From positions 1 to 43,111 of the forward strand of contig CANRKS010000002.1 in assembly GCA_947631285.1 (NCBI GenBank): a stretch of DNA of 43,111 bases, given 5' to 3'. The position numbers and the translations under genes were made by a program. Below the pieces are notes generated by a model that saw nothing but the letters and a program-made list of their open reading frames with translations, ran no database searches and was not told the DNA's origin. Source of the DNA: an uncultured Bacilli bacterium (lineage in GTDB: Bacteria > Bacillota_I > Bacilli_A > RF39 > UBA660). This document shows positions 33,758 to 43,111 of this stretch, in pieces; within the stretch, counting starts at the first letter, position 1; each line of letters starts with the position of its first letter.

Positions 33758-34977
33758 AAACATTCTTCAATTTTCATAAGTCGATTATACTTAGCTATTC
33801 TTTCACCTCGACATACTGATCCTGTTTTTATAAAAGGAATACCAAATCCCACAGCTAAATCAGCAATAAAGGTATCTTCTGTTTCTCCACTTCGATGGCT
33901 AATTATAGTTTTATAATTATTTTTCTTCGCAGTAATAATAGTTTTAGTCATCTCTGATATTGTTCCAATTTGATTAGCCTTAAGTAAAATAGCATTACCA
34001 GCATTGACATTTATTCCGGCTTCTAATAAATGAGAATTAGTACAGAAATAATCATCCCCCACTAGCATTATTTTATCACCAATTAGTTTAGTTAAAACAG
34101 CTAAGCTTTCCAAATCATTTTCATGAAAAGGATCTTCTATACTAATAATTGGATAATTTCTAACTAAATCAATATAATACTTTATTAAATCATTAGCGTT
34201 TAAATAAGTATTATCAATTTTATACATATTTTTATTTTGATCATATAGAGTTGATGCGGCACAATCTAGCGCAATTAAAATATCTTTACCAGGATGATAA
34301 TTAGCTTTATTTATTGCATCCATAATAAGATCTAAAGCTTCTTTAGTCTTACTTATATTCGGAGCAAATCCCCCTTCATCACCTACACCAGTACTATAAC
34401 CTTTTTCTTTTAATATTCCTTTTAAAGTATGAAAGATTTCACTAGCTGCTTGAATTCTACTCGCTTCTCCCTTCATAATAGGAACAATCATAAATTCTTG
34501 AATATCTAAATTATTGTCAGCATGAACACCCCCATTTATAATATTTACCATGGGGATAGGTAGAGAAACTTTTCCATATGTTATATATTCATATAATTCT
34601 TTATTTTGAAGTTTAGCAAGACATTTTAAAGACGCTAGTGAAACCGCTAACATAGCATTAGCGCCTAAATTACTTTTATTCGCTGTACCATCTAATTTTA
34701 AAAGTGTTTTATCCACTAATACTTGATCTATTTTTTGACCAATTAAGGCATTTCTAATAACTGTATTAACATTTTGAACAGCTTTTAAAACTCCTTTACC
34801 CATATATCTATTTTGATCATTATCTCTTAGTTCTAAAGCTTCTTTAGAACCAGTTGATGCTCCACTTGGAACCGAAGCCACTGCCGTTATATTATTAGCA
34901 AGAATCATCTCAACTTCAATCGTGGGATTGCCCCGGCTATCTAAAATTTCTCTTGCTTTAATATCTTTTATATTCAC
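33748..34977 (-). CDS. eno: enolase (phosphopyruvate hydratase)
   Basis: REILDSRGNPTIEVE, SGASTG, DIQEFMI, GDEGGFAPN, LLKANQIGT, SHRSGETED, AKYNRLMKIEE. GTG start with GGGTGA SD. Confidence 0.9.
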   Translation of the reverse strand: MNIKDIKAREILDSRGNPTIEVEMILANNITAVASVPSGASTGSKEALELRDNDQNRYMGKGVLKAVQNVNTVIRNALIGQKIDQVLVDKTLLKLDGTANKSNLGANAMLAVSLASLKCLAKLQNKELYEYITYGKVSLPIPMVNIINGGVHADNNLDIQEFMIVPIMKGEASRIQAASEIFHTLKGILKEKGYSTGVGDEGGFAPNISKTKEALDLIMDAINKANYHPGKDILIALDCAASTLYDQNKNMYKIDNTYLNANDLIKYYIDLVRNYPIISIEDPFHENDLESLAVLTKLIGDKIMLVGDDYFCTNSHLLEAGINVNAGNAILLKANQIGTISEMTKTIITAKKNNYKTIISHRSGETEDTFIADLAVGFGIPFIKTGSVCRGERIAKYNRLMKIEECLKK

Positions 34978-35061
34978 ACTTCATCACCCTACATCTTTAG
35001 TATACCCATATTATTTTTATTTAACAATAGAACAAATAATATAATTTTAAACTTTACATTT

Positions 35062-35613
35062 TTAAGCTAAAAAGTAAGAACTTCTTTTTCTTAAAAGAAC
35101 AATATCTATAATATTTAAAAGACCATAACCTAAATAGCTTATTCCTAAAGCACTGATGACTCCATCGCCATTAGCAAACATAACAATTATACCAAGAGCA
35201 AAGATTAAAAGACCAGATACTAATGTTAATAACCAACTAGATTCTTTATATTTTTTTAAACATAGAGCATAAGCTACTTTTTGAGCACAGCAAATGATAA
35301 AAAAGATTCCTAACATAATAGGTAATATTTTATATAGAGCACAAGCTAAAATACCAACAATTAATTCTAATCCTCCAAAAATAGCATTATATCTAAATAA
35401 AATTAATTCATCTTTTTTAAAAAATGAAAATAAAGTAGCAACACTATAAAGAATTAAAAAAACACCAGTAATAATTGCAACCATTAAATGATTCATCGTT
35501 GTATTAGTAAAAAAGATTAATCCTAATAACACGGAAATTATAGATAGACCTATTTCAATTATCGTAACAGTGTTAAATATTCCTTTTACTTCTCCAAAAA
35601 TTTTTTCAATCAT
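35062..35613 (-). CDS. polytopic membrane protein, DUF308/HdeD-like
   Basis: 183 aa, about 6 TMs with repeated G-x-x-x-I-x-G-I-like helices. Family assignment is weak. Confidence 0.35.
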   Translation of the reverse strand: MIEKIFGEVKGIFNTVTIIEIGLSIISVLLGLIFFTNTTMNHLMVAIITGVFLILYSVATLFSFFKKDELILFRYNAIFGGLELIVGILACALYKILPIMLGIFFIICCAQKVAYALCLKKYKESSWLLTLVSGLLIFALGIIVMFANGDGVISALGISYLGYGLLNIIDIVLLRKRSSYFLA

Positions 35614-35704
35614 TTCTACTTCACCCTAATTTAAATTATACTAGGATTTACTTTCTTAATCAAGAAAATTATGTTAAAATATATGGAAAGAAAGCGGTGA
35701 TGGT

Positions 35705-36955
35705 ATGCATATTGAAGAACTAGGGACAAGAGAATTTAACCACTTTCAACAAAATCATCCTTTATCCAATTTTTATCAAACAGTTAACTATGCTCTACTA
35801 ATGGCGGAATGTGGTTACGATTATGATTTAATTGGTTTAATTGATGAAAATAATGTCCTTCAAGCAGCCTCTTTAATATTATTAAAGCCAATTGGTATTA
35901 AATGCTTTTATGGATACGCACCAAGGGGATTTTTAATCGACTATCAAAATGCTTCTTTAGTTCAAACGTTCACTGAAGAATTAAAAAAATATTATTATGA
36001 AAAAAATGTTATCTTTATTAAAGTTAATCCTAATATAAAAATTGCCACGATTGATAATAAAACTTTTACTAAAATGCCTAATGAACTGGAAAGTATCGAT
36101 GATATTTTAATTTCTAATAGCTATAAAAAATTAGCTAACAATCTTTATTTTGAAGCTCAACTTCCTCGTTTTAATGCTCTAATAGATTTAAAAAAGACTA
36201 TTCCTTCAGAATTTTCTAAAAATACTAAAAATAAAATTAGAAAAGGCATTAGAAAAGGTTTAGTTTTTGAAAAGTGTGATAAAGACCAAATTAATATCTT
36301 TTATGAATTAATGAAAAATAAAAAAGATAATAGTTCTTACTATTATCAAGATTACTATACAGTATTTGCTAAAGATGATGCCATTGATTTATTTTTAATC
36401 TCCATAAATTATGATAATTTTTTACAAAACAGTCAATATTTCTATAATGAAGAGGCTGATAAAAATAATAGATTAAATAATAAATTAGCTCATAAAAATA
36501 CGGATCGAACTATTAATGCTAAAATGCAAAGTGATAAAGTTATGTTATCTTATAAAAATGATATTATGGAAGCAACAAAAGGAATAACTGAAAATAAGAA
36601 AGAATATATTGCAGGAGCTTTAGTAATTAAACATAATGATACCGCTAGTATTATTTTTAGTTCTTATCAAAAAGGATATAAAAGATTTGCCCCTAATTAT
36701 TTCTTACATTACAATTTAATAAAATATTATCAAAATGATTTTAATTATTTAGATTTAAATGGTATTGTTGGTAACTTTAAAGAGGAAAATCCTTACTCTG
36801 GTTTAAACCGCTTTAAGCTAAGTTTTAATCCTATAATTTATGAATATATAGGTGAATATGATTTAATTATTGATCAAAAAAGTTATGATATCTTATTACA
36901 TAATGGGGTATTAGCTAAAACATTTAATAAAAATGACATTTTAAAAAGCAGTTAG
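35705..36955 (+). CDS. FemAB-family peptidoglycan interpeptide-bridge aminoacyltransferase
   Basis: N-terminal FNHFQQNHPLSNFYQT...YAPRGFLIDY. A central helical insert. C-terminal GNAT-like half with YLDLNGI...GLNRFKLSF. Typical FemX/FemA layout, 416 aa. Confidence 0.7.
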   Translation: MHIEELGTREFNHFQQNHPLSNFYQTVNYALLMAECGYDYDLIGLIDENNVLQAASLILLKPIGIKCFYGYAPRGFLIDYQNASLVQTFTEELKKYYYEKNVIFIKVNPNIKIATIDNKTFTKMPNELESIDDILISNSYKKLANNLYFEAQLPRFNALIDLKKTIPSEFSKNTKNKIRKGIRKGLVFEKCDKDQINIFYELMKNKKDNSSYYYQDYYTVFAKDDAIDLFLISINYDNFLQNSQYFYNEEADKNNRLNNKLAHKNTDRTINAKMQSDKVMLSYKNDIMEATKGITENKKEYIAGALVIKHNDTASIIFSSYQKGYKRFAPNYFLHYNLIKYYQNDFNYLDLNGIVGNFKEENPYSGLNRFKLSFNPIIYEYIGEYDLIIDQKSYDILLHNGVLAKTFNKNDILKSS

Positions 36956-36961
36956 CTTTTT

Positions 36962-38704
36962 TTACATTCTTTCAGGAACATTTATAGCTAATATATCTAA
37001 AAGTATTTTATTTACTTTATAGACAATACTAACTAAATATAACCATGATTCTCTTAAATCTTCATTATTTTCTTTAAGAATTATATTTTCTGTATAAAAA
37101 CGATTAAAACTAGTTGCTAAACGATATAAATAGTCAGTAATATCGTTTAAAGATTTAGCTTGAAAAGAATTATTTAAAACATTATCAAAATTAGTTAATA
37201 AAAGAATTAATTCTCTTGTAAATGATCCTTTAATCATTTTCATTTCTTGCCATTTATAATTATTTTCACTAGCTTTAGCTAATAAAGATTTCATTCGAAT
37301 GGTTGAATATAAAATATATGGCCCTGTTTTTCCATCTAAAGAACAAAACTTTTCTAAGTCAAAATTATAATCAGTTTCTCTATTAGGAAGTAAATCAGCA
37401 TATTTTACGGTCGATATAGCAATATCCTCAGCAATTGAATCTCTGTTTTCTAATATATTTTCGTTTAACCTTTTTAAACTTTCTTTTTTAACACTTTCTA
37501 GTAAATCAGTTAACCGCATTACCCCGCCATCACGAGTTTTAAAAGGCTTTCCATCACTACCATTCATGGTTCCAAAGCCCGCAAAAACTAATTTTTGAGA
37601 AGGAGAAGCAATTTTAGATTTATAAGCAGCCCGGAAGACTTGCGTAAAATGTAGTTCTTGTCTTTTATCAACAATATACCATATTTCTGATGGATTATTT
37701 ATCTTAATTCTTTCATATATAGTGGCTAATTCAGTGGTACTATAAAGTATTCCTCCATCACTTTTAATCAGTAACATTGGAGGAATTTCTAATTTATCGT
37801 TAGGTAAAGATACCGGGATTACTTTAGCTCCTTCACTTTCTTCAACAATATTTTGTTTATCTAAGTAATCAAGCATTTCAGGTACATACTTTTCAGCATC
37901 ACTTTCCCCTTTATATAAATCATAATGCGTATTTAACCGATCATAAATTTTTTTAATATCTTTTTTAGATATTTCCATAATTTCTTGCCATAAAGCATAA
38001 ATGCCCTTTTCCCCGTTTTGCAATTTTTTAGTCATCAATTGCGCTTCTTTTAAATATTCTTCATCTTCTTTAGCTTTCGTGGAAGCATATGGATATATTT
38101 CTTCTAAAAGAGCACTAGTAATTTCTACTTTAGGATATTCTCCTTCATAATCTTCTTTAAAATAAAGCCAAGAAGGATTTCTCTTTTTAAGTTCTAAAAG
38201 AACGAGTCCTAAAGGACGACCCCAATCTCCTAAATGAGTATCAGATATCGTTTCATATCCTAAATAATTACATAATCTTTTTAAAGCTTCCCCAATATTA
38301 GCACTTCTTAAATGACCAACATGAAGGCTTTTAGCTACATTTGCACCCCCATAATCTAAAAAGATTAATTTATTCTTTTTGGCATAAGAAAAGTCCGGAT
38401 TATTGAGATAATTAATAAGGGCTTCATCACTTATAGATAAATTAAGGAATCCTGGTCCAGCAACATTTACATCTTTAAAGAAGGAATCTTTAACTAAAAT
38501 ATCTTTAAGCATATTAGCAATTTCTACAGGATTTTTATGATATGTTTTAGCTAAAGCCATCGCTCCATTATATTGAAATTCGCCTAAATCAGGACGATTA
38601 GATTCAGTTACAACAAGATCATCTACTTCATAGTCTAATTTTTTTAAAGCATCTTTTATTTTATCAGCCATAATATTATAGAATTTTTGCAAAATAATCA
38701 CCAC
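36962..38704 (-). CDS. argS: arginine--tRNA ligase
   Basis: HIGH motif SLHVGHLRSANIG and C-terminal anticodon-binding (DALR-like) region. The true start is probably ATG 38671 (MADKIKDALKKL), not the upstream GTG 38704. Confidence 0.9.
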   Translation of the reverse strand: MVIILQKFYNIMADKIKDALKKLDYEVDDLVVTESNRPDLGEFQYNGAMALAKTYHKNPVEIANMLKDILVKDSFFKDVNVAGPGFLNLSISDEALINYLNNPDFSYAKKNKLIFLDYGGANVAKSLHVGHLRSANIGEALKRLCNYLGYETISDTHLGDWGRPLGLVLLELKKRNPSWLYFKEDYEGEYPKVEITSALLEEIYPYASTKAKEDEEYLKEAQLMTKKLQNGEKGIYALWQEIMEISKKDIKKIYDRLNTHYDLYKGESDAEKYVPEMLDYLDKQNIVEESEGAKVIPVSLPNDKLEIPPMLLIKSDGGILYSTTELATIYERIKINNPSEIWYIVDKRQELHFTQVFRAAYKSKIASPSQKLVFAGFGTMNGSDGKPFKTRDGGVMRLTDLLESVKKESLKRLNENILENRDSIAEDIAISTVKYADLLPNRETDYNFDLEKFCSLDGKTGPYILYSTIRMKSLLAKASENNYKWQEMKMIKGSFTRELILLLTNFDNVLNNSFQAKSLNDITDYLYRLATSFNRFYTENIILKENNEDLRESWLYLVSIVYKVNKILLDILAINVPERM

Positions 38705-38804
38705 AATTCTTTAATATTTTACCAAAATATTACAAATAATACAAATATCCGATATTGTTTTTTCATATATTTATGTGTATAATATATGTTGTGGTGATTT
38801 AATT

Positions 38805-39680
38805 ATGAAAAAAAATACCCAAAAGGTAGAAAATAAAAAAGAAATTAAAAGTAGTACAGCTAAGAAAGGTAAAATTAGAATTAAAAAGAAAACCATTTCT
38901 TTATTAATTATCTTTATAGCTATTCCGGTTTTAATCTTTTCTGGTTATGAAATTGTAACTTACTTTATTGATTCAGCTAAAACTAAAAACCAATTACAAG
39001 AATATGAATCACAAGCTAACTTAACTCCCGATGAAAATGAAGCAGAAGTTATTCCTAGTGATGATGCTGAAGACAGTCCTTATTGGAATTACATAAATAT
39101 GGATTTAATGGATGTTGATTTTACTGAATTAAAAGAAAAGAATAGTGACTTAGCTGGTTGGTTAACAGTTGGAGGTACTAATATCAATTATCCATTTGTA
39201 CAAGCTGCAGATAATGATTACTATCTAACTCATTCATTTGATAAGAGTACTAACAGAGCTGGTTGGTTATTTATGGACTATCGGAATGATAAAAATGAAT
39301 ATGGTAAAAATACCATTATCTATGCTCATAATATGAAAGATAAAACAATGTTTGGTAGTTTAAAGACATTATTAAATAAATCTTGGTATAATAATGAAGA
39401 TAATAGAGTTATTAAAATGTCTTCTGAAAAATATAATACTTTATGGCAAATATTTAGTGTTTATACTATTGTTACCACTAATGATTATATTTGGACTGAT
39501 GAAAACTTCTCTAGTGAAGCTCAATATCAAGAATTCTTAGATAAAATAAAAGGTAGAAGTTATACAGATTTCAAAACATCAGTTAATTCAAAAGATCGAA
39601 TCTTAACATTATCTACTTGTCATGGTAGTGATAAAAAATTAGTAGTTCATGCTAAACTAATAAAAATAGCAGCTAGATAA
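38805..39680 (+). CDS. srtB: class B sortase
   Basis: DNDYYLTHSFD, GWLFMDYRN, IIYAHNM, TLSTC, plus an N-terminal TM anchor. ATG 38805 follows GGTGA. The ORF-track GTG 38775 overlaps a TATAAT box (38778-38783). Confidence 0.8.
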   Translation: MKKNTQKVENKKEIKSSTAKKGKIRIKKKTISLLIIFIAIPVLIFSGYEIVTYFIDSAKTKNQLQEYESQANLTPDENEAEVIPSDDAEDSPYWNYINMDLMDVDFTELKEKNSDLAGWLTVGGTNINYPFVQAADNDYYLTHSFDKSTNRAGWLFMDYRNDKNEYGKNTIIYAHNMKDKTMFGSLKTLLNKSWYNNEDNRVIKMSSEKYNTLWQIFSVYTIVTTNDYIWTDENFSSEAQYQEFLDKIKGRSYTDFKTSVNSKDRILTLSTCHGSDKKLVVHAKLIKIAAR

Positions 39681-39696
39681 TAGCTACTATTTTTTT
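39666..39696 (+). terminator. rho-independent terminator after srtB
   Basis: ATAGCAGCTA (39666-39675), loop GATAA, TAGCTACTAT (39681-39690, one mismatch), then T7. Confidence 0.6.
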
Positions 39697-40324
39697 ATTG
39701 ATTAATTACTTTTGTTTTAGATATTATTTCGTGGATACCTCTTCTATCTTTTCTAATACACATAACACTAAAGTTTATGATGGCAAAAAGTAAGAAGATA
39801 TAACTAATAATAGTATTTACTAGCATATATTTACTAGCCTTTATAATAAATACTAAAATAGTACTTAAAACTAAGGGAATAATACTTCCAACATAAATAT
39901 AAAAACTAAATAATGCCCTAATTAAATAATTTAAAATACTAACATCTTTTTTCTCTTCAACATTTACTACTTTAATTTTCATAATTTGTTTTCCTAAAGT
40001 AGCGCCCCGATTATATTTTTGAAAAAAGACATAATAGAGAATTAAGACAACCATTATAGCTATATTATAACTAATACTGTATTTAGTTAAATAATAATAG
40101 TTATCATTATTTAACTTAATCATTTCATTTTCATTAATATCACCATTATAATATTCTTCTAAAACACTACTATATTTTTCATAAGTTTCTAAATATTTAT
40201 CATAATGGGGATTAATAAATCTAATGCTAGTTACTAAAGTTACTACAAATAATACTAACAAAATATCTAAAAGGTAAGCAATTACTCTTTTAGATATTTT
40301 TACTTCACTCACACTATTTTCCAT
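39695..40324 (-). CDS. RDD-family membrane protein
   Basis: RVIAYLLDILLV, GATLGKQIMKIKVV, RRGIHEIISKTKVI: the three RDD-family signature positions, with the last Asp replaced by Glu. Confidence 0.65.
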   Translation of the reverse strand: MENSVSEVKISKRVIAYLLDILLVLFVVTLVTSIRFINPHYDKYLETYEKYSSVLEEYYNGDINENEMIKLNNDNYYYLTKYSISYNIAIMVVLILYYVFFQKYNRGATLGKQIMKIKVVNVEEKKDVSILNYLIRALFSFYIYVGSIIPLVLSTILVFIIKASKYMLVNTIISYIFLLFAIINFSVMCIRKDRRGIHEIISKTKVINQ

Positions 40325-40326
40325 AA

Positions 40327-41436
40327 CTAACTCGTTTCTAACTTAGATGTAAGCTTAGCTGATACAGTATCTTCTTTACCATTTCTTACATAAGTAATTT
40401 TAATAGTATCACCAATTTTATGCTTATATAATTCATATCTTAGATAAGCAACATTACTAATACTAACATCATTAATCTTCGTAATAATATCGCCTACTTT
40501 TAATTTAGCTTTAGAAGCCACTGAATTTTCATAAACACTATTAATGATAACACCACTCGTAATATCTTCTGGAATATAACGACTATAAAGAGGATTACTT
40601 AAAGCATTAGTGACATTAACCATTTCAATACCTAAATATGGATATTCTGAAGCTTCTCCCTTTATAATAGCTTCGGCTTTTTCCACTACATTTTCAATTG
40701 GAATAGCAAATCCCATTCCTTCAACTCCTGTTGATTTTATTTTAGCTGATATTACGCCGATTACTTCACCATTAGAATTACATAATGGTCCACCTGAGTT
40801 ACCACTATTAACAGCAGCATCAGTTTGTAAAACATTAATGATAAAATCATTACTACTATTGTTAGATAAAGATACTGGAACTTGTCTTTCTTTACCAGAA
40901 ATTATTCCTCTTGTTACAGTCCAAGAATAGACATTATCTAAAGGTGCTCCCACTGTAAATGTTGTATCTCCCACTCTTAATGTTTCTGTTTTACCAATAG
41001 TTACAGCATCAATATTATCTTTAGCCTTTACTTCTAAAATAGCAATATCGGCATATTGATCACTTCCTAGTAATGTAGCTTCGGCTTCATCACCATCGGA
41101 ATAAGTAATTCGATAATTATCACCATCAGCAATAACATGGTGATTGGTAACAACATAGAATTTATCACCTTCACTTTTGTAAATAAAACCACTACCAAAA
41201 GCATATAAATCTTTTTTATCATAAGTTGAGACAATAACAACTGAATTGTAAACCTTCTCAACGGCATCAGCAATTCCCTCATCAGTAACTGTAACATCTC
41301 TTTCAATTTTAGTTACTGTTTCTTGAAATATAGCAGGAAATTTATACATTATTCCATACATTAAAAATATTCCTAAAGCAATTCCAAATAAAGTATAAAC
41401 AATTACTTTCGTTCTTCCTTCAGCTTTTTGTTTCAT
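40327..41436 (-). CDS. htrA: HtrA/DegP-family serine protease with PDZ domain
   Basis: Catalytic triad contexts TNHHV, DIAIL, GNSGGPL. N-terminal TM. C-terminal PDZ (KVGDIITKINDVSI). Confidence 0.9.
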   Translation of the reverse strand: MKQKAEGRTKVIVYTLFGIALGIFLMYGIMYKFPAIFQETVTKIERDVTVTDEGIADAVEKVYNSVVIVSTYDKKDLYAFGSGFIYKSEGDKFYVVTNHHVIADGDNYRITYSDGDEAEATLLGSDQYADIAILEVKAKDNIDAVTIGKTETLRVGDTTFTVGAPLDNVYSWTVTRGIISGKERQVPVSLSNNSSNDFIINVLQTDAAVNSGNSGGPLCNSNGEVIGVISAKIKSTGVEGMGFAIPIENVVEKAEAIIKGEASEYPYLGIEMVNVTNALSNPLYSRYIPEDITSGVIINSVYENSVASKAKLKVGDIITKINDVSISNVAYLRYELYKHKIGDTIKITYVRNGKEDTVSAKLTSKLETS

Positions 41437-42380
41437 TATTTTACCCTCACAATCTCTTTAAAATTAATAGGAAATCCCATTGTATCTAAGACATCCGTAA
41501 TCATTATTGATTCTAATTTTCCATCTAGAATATCTAGTTCATAACTTATCTCATTCATCATTAAATGAAAATCATCTTCTTTCAATACTTGTTTCAATAT
41601 TATTATAATCGCAAATAAGTCATTTACACCATAAACATATTCTCCTTCTTCATCTTTTTCAATATTTAGCAAATCATGATATTTAGTATGTTCAATCTTT
41701 TTATGAGTTTTATTATTAAAACACATATCTTCATGAGCACATAAATTTCGATAATTAGCTAAAATAGGAAAGTATAAAATTAAATTTCTAACTGGCACTC
41801 CATAGATATCAGCAATTTCTTCTTGATCTTCTTTTTGAAGGACAGAATATAACTCTCCCACAATGCCAAAAGATAAAACTTTAACGACAATCCATAGAGG
41901 AATATAACCATAGTTGACTATATAGTGACTAGTAGCGGCATGTTGCTTACCATTAACATTTATTTGCCTTTTCATTTTACGAAGCAAATCATTAATTTGT
42001 TTAGCTTTAGCATAATCATGATCAAAATTATCAGCGTTCAAATAATGTTGTTCTTTAAAACCATGATTTTTGCTCATTACATACGAAAGGATACTCTTTA
42101 GGTTATTTTCAACAATTAAAATATTTTTAAACAAAATATTTCTAAGTTGCCTATCAAAATTAAACATTCCGTATAATTCGCGAAAATTAGTCCCAGGAAT
42201 AAATTTTCTACTACCATCACTTTTTAGAAATAGATGCCGATAACCACTTAAAAAGAAATAATTTTCTCTTAAAAGAATTTCTTTGGCGCTTACTTCATCA
42301 TCTATTACGAGTCCCTTATGTCTTAGAAGTTCAATTTGTTCATCAAGATTTTTAAATGTCTTAGACCCCATATTATTCAC
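41436..42380 (-). CDS. Abi_2 (AbiD/AbiF-like) abortive-infection-family protein
   Basis: QIELLRHKGLVIDDE...ENYFFLSGYRHLF, YIPLWIVVKVLSFGIVGELY and NYRNLCAHEDMCFN match the pattern I associate with Abi_2-family proteins. The stop overlaps the htrA ATG (TAATG). Confidence 0.65.
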   Translation of the reverse strand: MNNMGSKTFKNLDEQIELLRHKGLVIDDEVSAKEILLRENYFFLSGYRHLFLKSDGSRKFIPGTNFRELYGMFNFDRQLRNILFKNILIVENNLKSILSYVMSKNHGFKEQHYLNADNFDHDYAKAKQINDLLRKMKRQINVNGKQHAATSHYIVNYGYIPLWIVVKVLSFGIVGELYSVLQKEDQEEIADIYGVPVRNLILYFPILANYRNLCAHEDMCFNNKTHKKIEHTKYHDLLNIEKDEEGEYVYGVNDLFAIIIILKQVLKEDDFHLMMNEISYELDILDGKLESIMITDVLDTMGFPINFKEIVRVK

Positions 42381-42626
42381 CTATTAAATTATAACATAAG
42401 AAACAAATTAAATATATCTATTTTTAGTGTATTTTTAATATACTTTAAATGAAAAGATAAATTTCAGTTAATAGAAAAGAAATGAAAATAAATCTTGCAA
42501 CAAAAAATATACCCGAGTTTGACAGTTAAAGAAAATAAAAAAGTTTAATTTTTTGATGAAATTAGGCTTTTCTTTTTAAGTAAAGTATGGTATTATTATA
42601 TTGTAACATTGTAAGGTGGTGATGAC

Positions 42627-43111
42627 ATGCATATTGAATGCACTAAAAATTCGGGTATTCCTTATTTAAGAATTGTTGAAGGAAGATATACTAATGAAAA
42701 TGGTAAAGTTAAAATAAAAAAGAAAGTTTTAAAAAATTTAGGAGCTTTATCAAAATTTGATGATGGTAAACCTGATTTTTTAAAAAGATTTAGAGAACAA
42801 TTTAAAAATGGTGAATTAGATTTTTGTAAGGATTTTAATATTGAATTAAAAGAGAAAAAAGAAAAAATAATTCTAGAGTTTACTAAAGATGATTTTATAC
42901 TTAATCCTAAAAATATAGGTTATTTATTTTTAAATCAAATATATAATGAATTAGGTATAACAGAAATTTTAAATAGAATAAAATCAGATTCTAAGATTGA
43001 ATATGATTTAAATGGAATAACAAAGGTGTTGGTATTTGGAAGAATATTAAATCCTCAAAGTAAAAAGAAAACTTTTGAAGCAAGAGACCAATATCTATTT
43101 CCAATTGTAGA
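42627..43111 (+). CDS. IS1634-family transposase, N-terminal 161 codons (runs off the window)
   Basis: Open frame to the window edge, so absent from the ORF track. AAGGTGGTGA SD. MHIECTKNSGIPYLRIVEGRYTNENGKVKIKKKVLKNLG ... VLVFGRILNPQSKKKTFE resembles IS1634-type transposase N-termini. Confidence 0.7.
   Translation, partial: MHIECTKNSGIPYLRIVEGRYTNENGKVKIKKKVLKNLGALSKFDDGKPDFLKRFREQFKNGELDFCKDFNIELKEKKEKIILEFTKDDFILNPKNIGYLFLNQIYNELGITEILNRIKSDSKIEYDLNGITKVLVFGRILNPQSKKKTFEARDQYLFPIV
42627..43111 (+). mobile_element. left part of an IS1634-family insertion sequence (boundaries undetermined)
   Basis: Called from the transposase ORF only. The left inverted repeat must lie somewhere in 42381-42626 but cannot be identified without the other end. 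Confidence 0.45.

Noticed and set aside
33748-34977. Enolase as a truncated or degenerate paralog (409 aa, not in a gap-pgk-tpi-pgm-eno operon)
   Set aside because: All catalytic signatures are present (SHRSGETED, KANQIGT, GDEGGFAPN). The shortness comes mainly from a missing non-essential C-terminal tail, and monocistronic eno is not remarkable.
38705-38774. T-box or other leader upstream of argS
   Set aside because: The spacer is only about 70-100 nt and holds the srtB -10 box. That is far too short for a T-box riboswitch, and no specifier or T-box motif is visible.
40610-41306. 106-aa antisense and 79-aa off-frame ORFs within htrA
   Set aside because: They are embedded in a conserved gene that has its catalytic triad intact.
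1-43111. Scan for CRISPR arrays, tRNA/rRNA genes and riboswitch-sized leaders
   Set aside because: I saw no regularly spaced repeats, no GC-rich structured RNA-like islands, and no intergenic region longer than about 250 nt. All spacers are accounted for by promoters or terminators.

Overview
This is a very AT-rich chromosomal segment from a low-GC monoderm bacterium that looks Bacillota-like. It uses the standard genetic code: TGA acts as a stop, and AGGAGG/GGTGA-type Shine-Dalgarno sites precede most starts. I count about 40 credible, tightly packed genes and saw no rRNA, tRNA or CRISPR array. Most content is housekeeping or cell-envelope: sufB, ssb, a CBS-type family II pyrophosphatase, a NUDIX hydrolase, a glycosylation trio (GT-C-like membrane protein, GtrB-like GT2, GtrA), an ltaS/LCP/response-regulator/histidine-kinase operon, a CPBP protease, pyruvate:ferredoxin oxidoreductase, enolase, a FemAB-type transferase, argS, sortase B, an RDD protein and HtrA. 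The stand-out accessory block is 4854-13062, a compact type IV secretion-like module. It holds a VirB3-like protein, a VirB4 ATPase split into two coupled ORFs, an 872-aa TcpH/VirB6-like membrane protein and two small membrane proteins. It also holds two paralogous Cys-rich exported proteins whose C-termini share a VirB2/TrbC-pilin-like two-helix hairpin. No relaxase, coupling protein, VirB8/TcpC-like protein, wall hydrolase or integrase is recognisable anywhere in the window. Other accessory items are an orphan MraZ-like regulator, a HipA-like kinase-fold protein, a metallophosphoesterase with a degenerate active site, an XRE regulator divergent from two secreted proteins built from a shared two-Cys module, an Abi_2 gene coupled to htrA, and the 5' part of an IS1634-family transposase at the right edge. 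All functional calls come from motif recognition by eye; no similarity searches were run.
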